Shown: positions 8,407-17,080 of the stretch, in pieces
Layout of the letters: every line of letters begins with the position of its first letter
How positions within the stretch are numbered: the stretch's first letter is position 1
Assembly: GCA_012965065.1 (NCBI GenBank)
Contig: DTSX01000022.1
Coordinates: 1 to 45,963 of the forward strand
From: Gammaproteobacteria bacterium
Lineage (GTDB): Bacteria; Pseudomonadota; Gammaproteobacteria; Steroidobacterales; UBA11654
Direction: 5' to 3'
DNA: 45,963 nt
The notes under the pieces: generated by a model
Databases searched by the model: none
The model's input: only the letters and a program-made list of their open reading frames with translations
What the model was told of the DNA's origin: nothing
Made by a program: the position numbers and the translations under genes

Positions 8407-10110
8407 GTGTACCAATCTTTAGAGAATTTATCTATTGAGAGGCGATTTGTAACGCTTACAGATCGTCAGGTTCACTATCGTATATCAGGCGAAGGGCCGC
8501 CTTTGTTATTGCTGCATCAGAGCCCAACATCTTCTGCAGAAATGGCTACCACCATAGAATATTTTGCCGACGAATTCTCCGTCATTGCCCCCGATACTCC
8601 AGGCTTTGGATTGTCTGATTACAGGAAGGGTACTCCATCCGACATCACTATCTATGCCGAGATGGTAAAGGAATTCGTAGACGCTTTGGGCTTGTCAGAA
8701 CTTTGTATTTATGGGTTTCACACCGGAGCCATTATCGGAGCGGAAATGGCAAGACTGTATCCTGATCTTTGCAAGGCGGTGGTGGTTAATGGACTTTGGG
8801 TTGCGGATAAAGATGAGGTGGAGCTTATTTTGCAGCATTACACCGAATGGTTCGAGCCGACTCCGAATGGCAGCCAAATGCCTTGGATCTGGTCTCGACT
8901 GAGAGATCAATTGATTTTTTTCCCTTGGTTCTTGAAAGAAGAAAAGTACAGATTGAGTCACGATCTGCCAAGTCCCGAGCTCAAACAACCCTTTGTTCTG
9001 GATCTTTTGCGAACAACAGAGGAGGCCCAAACCGCTTACAGGGCTGCATTCTTGTATCCATCCAAAGAACGAGTACAGGAAATAAACACACCCACATTTC
9101 TTTTGAATTACCAAGGAGACCCAATTGGCGATCACCCACAGCGATTGGAAATCACACCGGACTGTGTGCAAATAGAACTACTCAGCGATCCTCAAGCAGT
9201 TGAAGCGAGAGCCCGAGAAATCTTTAGGGAATTTTCGCTAGCAAAAATAACTATTCAGCCAGAGGCTGTTGTGATGCCAGAAAAGGCTGTCAGGCTCAAA
9301 GGTTTTGTCCATACTTCCTTTGGCCCACTTTTCTATTGCCAGGAAGCAGATCAATCGGATGTGAGTGAGGAGACTAACCGGTCAGTGGTATTTTTACACG
9401 ATTTTGCGGCTTCTTCTAATGCCACAATCGAGATCGCAAAGTACTGTGAGAGCGTGCATCGGAAAATATTCATTGATCTTCCAGGGCACGGCGAAACAGG
9501 ACCGACCCATCTAGACGATTATCAACCGCAGACCATGGCGAAGATGTTGGCAGAAGGGCTCATGCAATTAAACTTGGGTCCAGTTCACCTTGTTTCCATG
9601 GGTATGTCCAGTTCCATTGCTGTGGCATTGAGCCTAATTGACAGTTTGGAAGTCAAGCAATTGTCTTTAATAGATCCCTGGTGTCCTAATGCATCTGAAA
9701 TGAATGCAATACGTGATCATTATGCTCCCGATTTAACTCCTTCGGAGTATGGCGAGCATTTAATGCGTGGATGGTATTTTGCTCGCGACAGTGAACTTTA
9801 TTTCCCTTGGTACGATACAAAAAATGCCAATGCACTCAAACGAGAACCTGAGATTGAACCCCAAAAAACACACGCTCGAGCAGTTGATGCTCTCAAAGCT
9901 GGAACGGAATTAAAACGAGTTGCCAAGGATTTGATTGGCTACGATGTGGAAGCCAATTTGCGAAACATTAGCGTAAATACAAAGGTATACGCATGGACAG
10001 GGAATGGAAGAGAGAATTATGCTGAACGGATTCATAGAGCTATAAGCGGTTCAAAATTGTATTATTTACCGGAGAATAGATCGCAGTGGTCCATCAATTT
10101 ATCGGAGTAA
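8407..10110 (+). CDS. Tandem (two-domain) alpha/beta-hydrolase-fold protein, function unknown
   Basis: 567 aa with a GTG start. Domain 1 carries LLLLHQSP...APDTPGFGLSD...YGFHTGA. Domain 2 carries VVFLHDFAASS...DLPGHGETG...VSMGMSSS. No signal peptide is seen. Confidence 0.7.
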   Translation: MYQSLENLSIERRFVTLTDRQVHYRISGEGPPLLLLHQSPTSSAEMATTIEYFADEFSVIAPDTPGFGLSDYRKGTPSDITIYAEMVKEFVDALGLSELCIYGFHTGAIIGAEMARLYPDLCKAVVVNGLWVADKDEVELILQHYTEWFEPTPNGSQMPWIWSRLRDQLIFFPWFLKEEKYRLSHDLPSPELKQPFVLDLLRTTEEAQTAYRAAFLYPSKERVQEINTPTFLLNYQGDPIGDHPQRLEITPDCVQIELLSDPQAVEARAREIFREFSLAKITIQPEAVVMPEKAVRLKGFVHTSFGPLFYCQEADQSDVSEETNRSVVFLHDFAASSNATIEIAKYCESVHRKIFIDLPGHGETGPTHLDDYQPQTMAKMLAEGLMQLNLGPVHLVSMGMSSSIAVALSLIDSLEVKQLSLIDPWCPNASEMNAIRDHYAPDLTPSEYGEHLMRGWYFARDSELYFPWYDTKNANALKREPEIEPQKTHARAVDALKAGTELKRVAKDLIGYDVEANLRNISVNTKVYAWTGNGRENYAERIHRAISGSKLYYLPENRSQWSINLSE

Positions 10111-10136
10111 AATTTACATTCTAGGAGATTTTAAAT

Positions 10137-11708
10137 ATGAGTCAGGCTGAAAAAGAAACAGTCTCTGTTCTGCGAGCTGCAATTGGTAAAAAGTATGTTT
10201 TGACCGATCAACAGTCATTGGAATTTTATTCCATGGACGTTTATCGATCTTTTGAAATTCCCATTGCAGTTGTTCAGCCAGGCAGTGTAGAAGAACTACA
10301 AGAAGTTGTTAGAGTTGCCACAGGTTTAGGTATGGCTATTGTGGCCAGAGGAGGAGGTGCTTCTTATACCGATGGGTATTTACCTACCACTCCAAAATCC
10401 ATCACGATTGACACCTCCAGACTTAATAAAATAGTTGAGATTAATGAAGAAGATATGTTTGTGACTGTTGAATCAGGGGTCACATGGGCAGAAATGGCAG
10501 CTGCATTAGCAGAAAAAAATCTTCGTACCCCATTCTGGGGGCCTTTTTCTGGGTTGAAGGCTACGGTTGGAGGTTCTTCTTCTCAGAATAGTCTGAGTAT
10601 GGGAACCAGTGCTTATGGGGGATCTCCAGAGTCAATACTCTGCTACGACATCGTTCTCCCGAGTGGAGAAATTCTTAAAACAGGATCTTCTTCTATGGAA
10701 AATAGTTCTGCTTTTTTTAGGCATTATGGACCTGATTTAACCGGATTATTCTCTGGGGATTCTGGTGCCCTTGGAGTTAAGGCTAGAATTACACTTAGGT
10801 TGATAAAACTACCAACGCATACTTTAACAAGTTCATTTGGATTCAAGGATTATGCATCTATGAGTGAAGGAATGGCAGCTGCTGCTCGAGAACAGTCGGC
10901 ATCAAGTAATTGGGGATTGGATCCAAAATTACAACAAGGCCAGCTTGGTAGGACAACTTTATCCGACGCGATTAAAGCAGCATTTGCTGTTTTAAAAACG
11001 GCCAGAAACCCATTTGAGGCTATCATCCAACTTGGAAAAATGGCTTTAGCTGGCAAACGATTTTTAACAGGGTTTGATTATTCGGCGCATTTTGTAGTTG
11101 AAGGTTATAGCATTGCTGAGGTCAAGAGTAAATTAGCCCAAACCAGAAGGGCAGTAGGTCCCTATGGAACTGAAATAGCCAATACAATACCCACAGTATT
11201 GGGTGCAATGCCTTTTATGCCTTTGTATCCAATATTAGGCCCTCAAGGGGAGAGATGGGTTCCCATGCATGGGTTTTTATCCTTTTCAAAAATGCAAGTT
11301 TTTCATGATCGTCTCATGCAACTCTATGAAGAAAATAAAGAAAAAATGGAAACTCATTCGGTTGAAGCAGGGGCGATGTATATGACCTATTCTACCCACA
11401 GTTTCCTCTATGAAATTGCTTTGTATTGGAAAGATGATCGGTCACTCTATCACACAAACTATTTAGATCAGGATTATCTGGATACGTTACCTGTCTACGA
11501 TGAAAACCAAGAGGGACGTGGACTGGTGGCTGAGATTAGAAGTAAAATTCAGGATATATATTCAGAATTAGGAGCAGTTCATTTTCAAGTAGGTAAGAGT
11601 TATCCTTATCAGCAAGGAAGACAGGAAGAAGCAGCAAAAGCTTTAAAAAACATCAAAAAATCAATCGATCCAGATAATTTGATGAATCCTGGTGCTCTAG
11701 GACTGTAA
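10137..11708 (+). CDS. FAD-linked oxidase/dehydrogenase (PCMH-type FAD-binding domain, GlcD/D-lactate dehydrogenase-like)
   Basis: 523 aa. AGGAG lies upstream of the ATG. Motifs AVVQPGSVEELQEVV and ARGGGASYTDG and the C-terminus IDPDNLMNPGALGL are typical of the family. No signal peptide is seen. Confidence 0.8.
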   Translation: MSQAEKETVSVLRAAIGKKYVLTDQQSLEFYSMDVYRSFEIPIAVVQPGSVEELQEVVRVATGLGMAIVARGGGASYTDGYLPTTPKSITIDTSRLNKIVEINEEDMFVTVESGVTWAEMAAALAEKNLRTPFWGPFSGLKATVGGSSSQNSLSMGTSAYGGSPESILCYDIVLPSGEILKTGSSSMENSSAFFRHYGPDLTGLFSGDSGALGVKARITLRLIKLPTHTLTSSFGFKDYASMSEGMAAAAREQSASSNWGLDPKLQQGQLGRTTLSDAIKAAFAVLKTARNPFEAIIQLGKMALAGKRFLTGFDYSAHFVVEGYSIAEVKSKLAQTRRAVGPYGTEIANTIPTVLGAMPFMPLYPILGPQGERWVPMHGFLSFSKMQVFHDRLMQLYEENKEKMETHSVEAGAMYMTYSTHSFLYEIALYWKDDRSLYHTNYLDQDYLDTLPVYDENQEGRGLVAEIRSKIQDIYSELGAVHFQVGKSYPYQQGRQEEAAKALKNIKKSIDPDNLMNPGALGL

Positions 11709-11715
11709 GTCTTCA

Positions 11716-13533
11716 TTGAGTGACATGTTTGAAAAATTGTCACGAATTAGCCTTCTTGCTTTTAGCCTTTTTATTCTTGGTTCCTCTCAGTATCAACAGC
11801 AGATAAGAGGAGCTTCTTTTCAAGGAGAGCGCATAGGCATTTTATATGTTTCTCATGGCGGTAATGAGACTTATGGGGAGAAACAACTCTGGGATGCCAC
11901 CATGCAAATATTCTCCTACGATCAGAACAGTCCTGTTTACCAACAAATCATTTGGAACTCTGATTATTGGCCTCAAATGCTTAAATTTGGCAACGCCTCC
12001 AAAGAACTTGGTAAGTATTCTTTTGAGTATGAACGCATCGGTGGTGTAGATCCCTATCCAGAATCAAAGCGCCAGACCACAGCAGAATTAAGCTCCATTT
12101 TGGATGATTATGAGAATGAATTGGGAGTTGATTTTATTGTCGATAAGATGACGTGGATAAGCCCCGATCCGAGCGAATTGGCAAACCCAAGAATGCTTTT
12201 CAATCCAGGGATTCCCGGCGGTGATCCTTTGCGATATTGTGGCACCATTGATCCGACCTGGCATCTCTGTGATCCCGATCGTTATAACGTCGATGGACCG
12301 GTAGAACGGATGTTAAAAATAGGTGTTGACCGGATCGTAATGATTGATTTAACAACCGCAGGAGCTAGGTTTTCTAAAACTTATGATGTTTATACAACTG
12401 CAAAGAAAGTCATTCATAACTACAATAAAAGTCAGCAAACTGATGTCACCATCGAATGGGTCAATGACCCCAAGGAGTTGATGTTGACATCCTATCCTAC
12501 TGAACCGAAGGGATGGACCCGCTCCAGTGGTAGCCCTAAAGACAACCCTATAATTGATTATAACGAATACCCAAATCCTGTAATCGGTGATCTCAGATTG
12601 GCACAGTTTCAAGTTGATGGCATCGAGGCCGAGTTTGATGCCGAGATTGCTCTAGAGAATACAGGGGTACTGTTGGTCAATCATGGCATTCTCTCAATGA
12701 ACCAGGTCTTTGACCCCAAAATTAATGACACCCTTATCCTGAATCAGAACATCAAGGATTTGTTGTTGGAGAAATTCCCAGAAATGCAATCCAAAAACAT
12801 CCTGGGGGGTTGGTTTGGAGATATGGTAAGAAATGAACTTGTGACACCAGGGCCTCCAGCTTTCACCCAGTTGGAACGCACCAGGGAAATGCGTGGTGAA
12901 AATCTGGGCTATATTCTTCTTCACGATACCCAAAATCAAAGGCCGCAGGGAGATTGGAAGTTCCGCTATTGGCAGGCACTCGAGCAACTTCGCATCAATG
13001 GTGTACAGCATATTGTGGTTGTTTTCCCCCAGATCATGGAAAACTCTGTGCTCAACCTGGTTGAAGTACCTAATCAAATAGCTAAAGAGATCGGTTACAG
13101 AAATTGGTCTAAAATTGATCAACTGGATTTCACAACCTACCCTGAGGTTGGGCATCCTTTTGCCGATTATTGGGGTGTTTGGGTCGAGCAAACATGCAAA
13201 GTTTCGACAGACTCCAAACAGAAAGAACCTTGCTGTTTTAACATGGGTGGGTGTCCCAATGGGCAACCTTACCCTCCACTGCGACAAGCCCCTTTGCATG
13301 TGAGACGAGATGACCTGGATCCATCTCTGGCTTTTGATGTGTCACATTTCGGTCATCTGGGTTATGATTCTGAAGCTGGAATGCCAAGTGAAAAACAGCC
13401 GGTACAAAATCAGTACGCTGGAACATGGTCAATGTGGCAGGTAACAGATGACCACAGGGCAGTGGCAGAGTTTCTCGCAGACAAGATTGTTGAACATTTA
13501 AAGGCACCGACAACACATGCAGGAAGACAATAA
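11716..13533 (+). CDS. Secreted hypothetical protein with two ferrochelatase/CbiX-like (class II chelatase-like) repeats and two Cys clusters
   Basis: 605 aa (TTG 11716 or ATG 11725). Signal-peptide-like N-terminus KLSRISLLAFSLFILGSS. Repeat 1: GILYVSHGG...YERIGGVDPY...GVDRIVMIDLT. Repeat 2: GVLLVNHGIL...GVQHIVVVFPQIMENSVLNLVEV. Six Cys are arranged C-x9-C and C-x11-CC-x5-C. The fold assignment is by eye only. Confidence 0.45.
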   Translation: MSDMFEKLSRISLLAFSLFILGSSQYQQQIRGASFQGERIGILYVSHGGNETYGEKQLWDATMQIFSYDQNSPVYQQIIWNSDYWPQMLKFGNASKELGKYSFEYERIGGVDPYPESKRQTTAELSSILDDYENELGVDFIVDKMTWISPDPSELANPRMLFNPGIPGGDPLRYCGTIDPTWHLCDPDRYNVDGPVERMLKIGVDRIVMIDLTTAGARFSKTYDVYTTAKKVIHNYNKSQQTDVTIEWVNDPKELMLTSYPTEPKGWTRSSGSPKDNPIIDYNEYPNPVIGDLRLAQFQVDGIEAEFDAEIALENTGVLLVNHGILSMNQVFDPKINDTLILNQNIKDLLLEKFPEMQSKNILGGWFGDMVRNELVTPGPPAFTQLERTREMRGENLGYILLHDTQNQRPQGDWKFRYWQALEQLRINGVQHIVVVFPQIMENSVLNLVEVPNQIAKEIGYRNWSKIDQLDFTTYPEVGHPFADYWGVWVEQTCKVSTDSKQKEPCCFNMGGCPNGQPYPPLRQAPLHVRRDDLDPSLAFDVSHFGHLGYDSEAGMPSEKQPVQNQYAGTWSMWQVTDDHRAVAEFLADKIVEHLKAPTTHAGRQ

Positions 13534-14396
13534 TGTCAATTGAAATTTTAAGACGGGATTTTTTATTAGGGGTAGGAGCCGTGGCAATGATGGCTGCAGA
13601 AAGATCTTCTGGGTTAATGCACGGTACTGTTCCTGAGGATGCACCCGACATGAGCTTGCCATTAAATAACTTGATTAATTTAATTCGCATGCAAGCCAGT
13701 CTCGACAGCACAAGTCAAATTCCATGGCATTACAATGGTACTTTGTTTGCTCAGATCGCTTCTGAGCAACCGATTCCGATGGTCAACATCGAAGGCATGG
13801 AAAGTTACCGTGTATTTCCACTGCAGGATGGTTCCTATGAAGTTCTTGGTAATATGCTGACTTTTTTCAGAGACATAGATACCGGAAAAATGATCCGGGA
13901 GTACCAAAATCCATTTACCGGAAAAATCAATCAGGTACTGCCTAATATCAGGCAAGCAAGTCTTGGCAGAGGCCTTAACATCTCTACCATGGGCGCAAGA
14001 CCCAAGGCTTTCATTGATCAAATGCCGGATAAACCCTTGCTGTTGGATTGGACGTTTGGTCCGGAAACAGTCTGGCTCCAGAATGACACAGCCTACCCAC
14101 CAGGTCTGTCTGAGCCCAGAATGCAAAGATCTACAATGTTTGCTCCCCTAGACCAGTTTCTTGACCAAAATGTCATCTCACTACCCAGTTTGTTCAGTTC
14201 CACTGTATTGATGCCATGGTTGTCTTGGATGGATATGAATGAAGTTGAAGGGCACACTCTCTGGCATGCATCCGGTGTTAAATTAAAGTCCATCAACCAG
14301 TTGCCAGAAGAATACTTCATTCGAATGATGACTGAACATCCTGAATTATCTTCATTTAATTTAGAAGAAGACAGCGGACCTGTAATTTTTGAATAA
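13533..14396 (+). CDS. Tat-exported hypothetical protein, DUF1838-like
   Basis: 287 aa. Twin-arginine motif ILRRDFLLG is followed by the hydrophobic stretch GVGAVAMMAA. The start overlaps the upstream stop (TAATG). The internal pattern YQNPFTGKINQV resembles DUF1838 proteins; this is from memory and unverified. Confidence 0.55.
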   Translation: MSIEILRRDFLLGVGAVAMMAAERSSGLMHGTVPEDAPDMSLPLNNLINLIRMQASLDSTSQIPWHYNGTLFAQIASEQPIPMVNIEGMESYRVFPLQDGSYEVLGNMLTFFRDIDTGKMIREYQNPFTGKINQVLPNIRQASLGRGLNISTMGARPKAFIDQMPDKPLLLDWTFGPETVWLQNDTAYPPGLSEPRMQRSTMFAPLDQFLDQNVISLPSLFSSTVLMPWLSWMDMNEVEGHTLWHASGVKLKSINQLPEEYFIRMMTEHPELSSFNLEEDSGPVIFE

Positions 14397-14448
14397 ACTA
14401 TTTTTCATAACAAGCCAAAGGCTCTGTCAATTAGTTAGCATTCTAACA

Positions 14449-14919
14449 GTGAGAAAATCAAACCCATTTTTTTTATTGCTCGTAGTATTGATCCTTGTTG
14501 GCTGTGGAAAATCAAAGCCATCTGCTGATGTCAGCAACAATAACGTTCCCTCTGATCTGAGTTCTCAGGAAATCTTGAATAACAGTTCTGTGCAAGGGGA
14601 TTATGAAAGGGGTAGGCAGCTTTTTCTTCAATGCAGGGCATGCCACTCATTGAAAATAAATGAGTCCCATAAGGTCGGTCCCAATTTGTATGGGATCTTA
14701 GGACAGGAATCAGGTAACCAGGAGGGGTTTGATTATTCAGATGCATTGATGTCTTCAAAAATTCTCTGGAATATTGATACCCTCGACCAATTTCTACAAA
14801 AACCCTATGCGTTTATTCCCGGTAATAGAATGGTTTTTGCCGGTCTTAAAAATGCTTCTGACCGTTTAGATATCATTTCATATTTGGTAGAAGAAACTGC
14901 AGAAAAAGACCAAAAATAA
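14449..14919 (+). CDS. Lipoprotein class-I (c2/mitochondrial-type) cytochrome c
   Basis: Haem motif CRACH, then KVGPNLYGILG, and PGNRMVFAG supplying the Met ligand. The GTG at 14449 gives a lipobox signal (VRKSNPFFLLLVVLILVGC). The ORF track starts at the TTG at 14389. Confidence 0.85.
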   Translation: MRKSNPFFLLLVVLILVGCGKSKPSADVSNNNVPSDLSSQEILNNSSVQGDYERGRQLFLQCRACHSLKINESHKVGPNLYGILGQESGNQEGFDYSDALMSSKILWNIDTLDQFLQKPYAFIPGNRMVFAGLKNASDRLDIISYLVEETAEKDQK

Positions 14920-15054
14920 CAAGCGTTTTGATGCATTAAGGCGATGCAAAAAAAAATTCTAGTTGAAAACATTTTTAATCATGTTACTTTGCGGTAACAA
15001 AATTGCCATCCTGATAAAATAAAATGTCAACAATGAAAAAAAGAGGTAATTTTT

Positions 15055-15732
15055 ATGACTAACGAATCTTTTTTAGGCATGTTTGCCAGGTCCCCTTTTT
15101 CTGCGCTGCAAGAACATATGGATGTAGGAAAAAAGGCAACTGTAGCTCTGAAAAATTTCTTATTTTCTGCGAAAAATTCTGATTGGGATGCTGCTTCTCG
15201 GTATCGCCAAGAAATAATTGACCTTGAGCATGTTGCAGACGGTATTAAGTATAAAATTCGTAGCAACTTGCCAAAGTCCTTATTTATGCCTGTTTCTAGA
15301 GAAGATCTACTTGATCTTGTTTATGCCATGGACGCGATACCAAATACTGCTAAAGACATTTCAGGCATCATGATTGGCAGGCATATGGAAATTCCAGAGC
15401 AAATAAGTGAGCAATTTATTTCTTTTGCTGAGGCTGCCATAAATGCCGCCAAACAAGCTTCTATAGCCATTGAAAAAGTTGATGAAATGCAAAGAAGTGG
15501 GTTTGGTTCAAGCGATGCAAATTTATTGCGAGACCTCGTTGCAGAGTTGGAGCAACTTGAACATGAGGATGATGAGTTAGAAGCGGCTTTGAGAAATGAT
15601 TTTTTCGTAATTGAGAAAGAGTTTTCACCCATTGATGTTATGTTTCTCTATGACGTCATTAACAGAATAGGCTCCCTTGCAGATATAGCACAAACGGTGG
15701 GGCATATTTTAATCCGTTTGGTTTCCAAATAA
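15055..15732 (+). CDS. DUF47/PhoU-like phosphate transport regulator (Pit accessory protein, TIGR00153-type)
   Basis: 225 aa predicted helical protein immediately upstream (15-nt gap) of the PiT transporter, which is the canonical pairing. AAGAGG lies upstream of the ATG. Confidence 0.75.
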   Translation: MTNESFLGMFARSPFSALQEHMDVGKKATVALKNFLFSAKNSDWDAASRYRQEIIDLEHVADGIKYKIRSNLPKSLFMPVSREDLLDLVYAMDAIPNTAKDISGIMIGRHMEIPEQISEQFISFAEAAINAAKQASIAIEKVDEMQRSGFGSSDANLLRDLVAELEQLEHEDDELEAALRNDFFVIEKEFSPIDVMFLYDVINRIGSLADIAQTVGHILIRLVSK

Positions 15733-15747
15733 TGGTAGAGGATCAGA

Positions 15748-17016
15748 ATGTTTGAAGTTATAGCAGAGCATGGACAAGTCTTACTGATTTTAGCTTGTAT
15801 TTTTGGATTCTTCATGGCTTGGGGAATTGGCGCAAATGATGTTGCCAATGCCATGGGCACTTCCGTTGGTGCGAGAGCATTGACCGTAGCACAAGCGGTA
15901 TTGATTGCTTGTATTTTTGAATTTGCCGGCGCTTATCTTGCTGGAGGAGAAGTTACAGCAACCATCAGGGAAGGAATTATCGATGCAGCAGTCATTAGCG
16001 AAACACCCGAACTGCTTGTTTTTGGCATGCTGGGTACTTTACTAGCAGCTGGCATATGGTTGTTGATAGCTTCGTATTTTGGCTGGCCTGTATCAACCAC
16101 GCACTCAATCGTTGGGGCAATCGTAGGTTTTGCAGCGGTTGGTATTGGAGTCGATGTTATCCAATGGCCCAAAGTTGCTTCGATAACTGCCAGTTGGGTG
16201 ATATCTCCTGTGATTGCAGGAACCATTTCATTCCTGTTATTTACCAGCGTTAAGAAATTAATTTTACAAACAGAAAACCCATTCATGAATGCTAAACGGT
16301 ACGTTCCTTTTTATATGTTTCTAACAGCCTTTTTAGTTTCAATGGTTACTTTTGTAAAAGGATTAAAGCATGTGGGAGTCAGTCTTACTACTTCACAGAG
16401 TATTGCCTGGTCTTTAGTTTTCGCTTTAATGATTACCGTTATAGGAGCGCTCCTATTGCAGCGAATCGACAATACAACAAGGGAAAAAAATGGAGCTATG
16501 TTTGATGGTGTCGAGAGAGTATTTGCCATCTTGATGGTCTTCACCGCTTGTGCAATGGCATTTGCTCATGGTTCTAACGATGTCGCTAATGCCATAGGTC
16601 CTTTGGCAGCAATTGTTTCAGTGATCCAAAGTGGAGGGGACATAGCCGCAACATCAGATGTACCGTTTTGGATATTGTTGATTGGTGCTTCCGGGATTGT
16701 TATCGGTCTTGCCATGTTGGGCTTTAGAGTGATGATGACCGTGGGAAGAGCAATTACAGAGCTGACACCCAGTCGTGGGTTTGCTGCACAGTTAGCGGCT
16801 GCCGGAACTGTGGTCATCGCTTCGGGAACTGGTTTACCCATATCCACAACCCATACGCTGGTTGGTGCCGTATTGGGTGTGGGTCTTGCTAGGGGCATAG
16901 GAGCGATCAATTTAAGCGTTGTTGGTAAAATTATTTTGTCGTGGATTGTGACCTTGCCAGTGGGTGCAGGGTTATCAATTTTATTCTTTTTTGCTCTTAA
17001 GGGATTCTTTACTTAG
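15748..17016 (+). CDS. pitA: Inorganic phosphate transporter, PiT family
   Basis: 422 aa polytopic membrane protein with the duplicated PiT signature GANDVANA (GIGANDVANAMGTS and HGSNDVANAIGP). Confidence 0.9.
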   Translation: MFEVIAEHGQVLLILACIFGFFMAWGIGANDVANAMGTSVGARALTVAQAVLIACIFEFAGAYLAGGEVTATIREGIIDAAVISETPELLVFGMLGTLLAAGIWLLIASYFGWPVSTTHSIVGAIVGFAAVGIGVDVIQWPKVASITASWVISPVIAGTISFLLFTSVKKLILQTENPFMNAKRYVPFYMFLTAFLVSMVTFVKGLKHVGVSLTTSQSIAWSLVFALMITVIGALLLQRIDNTTREKNGAMFDGVERVFAILMVFTACAMAFAHGSNDVANAIGPLAAIVSVIQSGGDIAATSDVPFWILLIGASGIVIGLAMLGFRVMMTVGRAITELTPSRGFAAQLAAAGTVVIASGTGLPISTTHTLVGAVLGVGLARGIGAINLSVVGKIILSWIVTLPVGAGLSILFFFALKGFFT

Positions 17017-17080
17017 GTCAGGTGATATATATAGAAATCTCTCTAATTCATCAGTGGTCGAATCAACAAAGGAAGAGTGA

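Noticed and set aside
8695-9203. 158-aa minus-strand ORF and 118-aa/63-aa plus-strand alternative-frame ORFs within the alpha/beta-hydrolase gene
   Set aside because: They overlap the long ORF that carries clear hydrolase-fold motifs. Their translations are Arg/Ser/Cys-rich and featureless.
12694-14126. Long antisense ORFs (201, 157 and 148 aa) opposite the 605-aa and DUF1838-like genes
   Set aside because: These were tempting because the sense genes are uncharacterised. However, the sense frames have signal peptides, coupled start/stop codons and uninterrupted long frames. The antisense frames lack starts with an RBS and have a junk-like composition.
14983-15045. Possible Pho box (CTGATAAAATAAAATGTCAAC) and inverted repeat GTTAC-N6-GTAAC (14983-14998) upstream of the DUF47-PiT genes
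   Set aside because: The two half-sites match CTGTCAT poorly and are spaced 13 rather than 11 nt apart, and they sit too close to the start codon. The inverted repeat is only 5+5 bp and could arise by chance.
14920-15054. Intrinsic terminator after the cytochrome c gene (GCAT-N7-ATGC followed by an A9 run)
   Set aside because: The stem is only 4 bp, and the homopolymer is A rather than T on the coding strand. The GATGCA elements are direct repeats, not inverted repeats.
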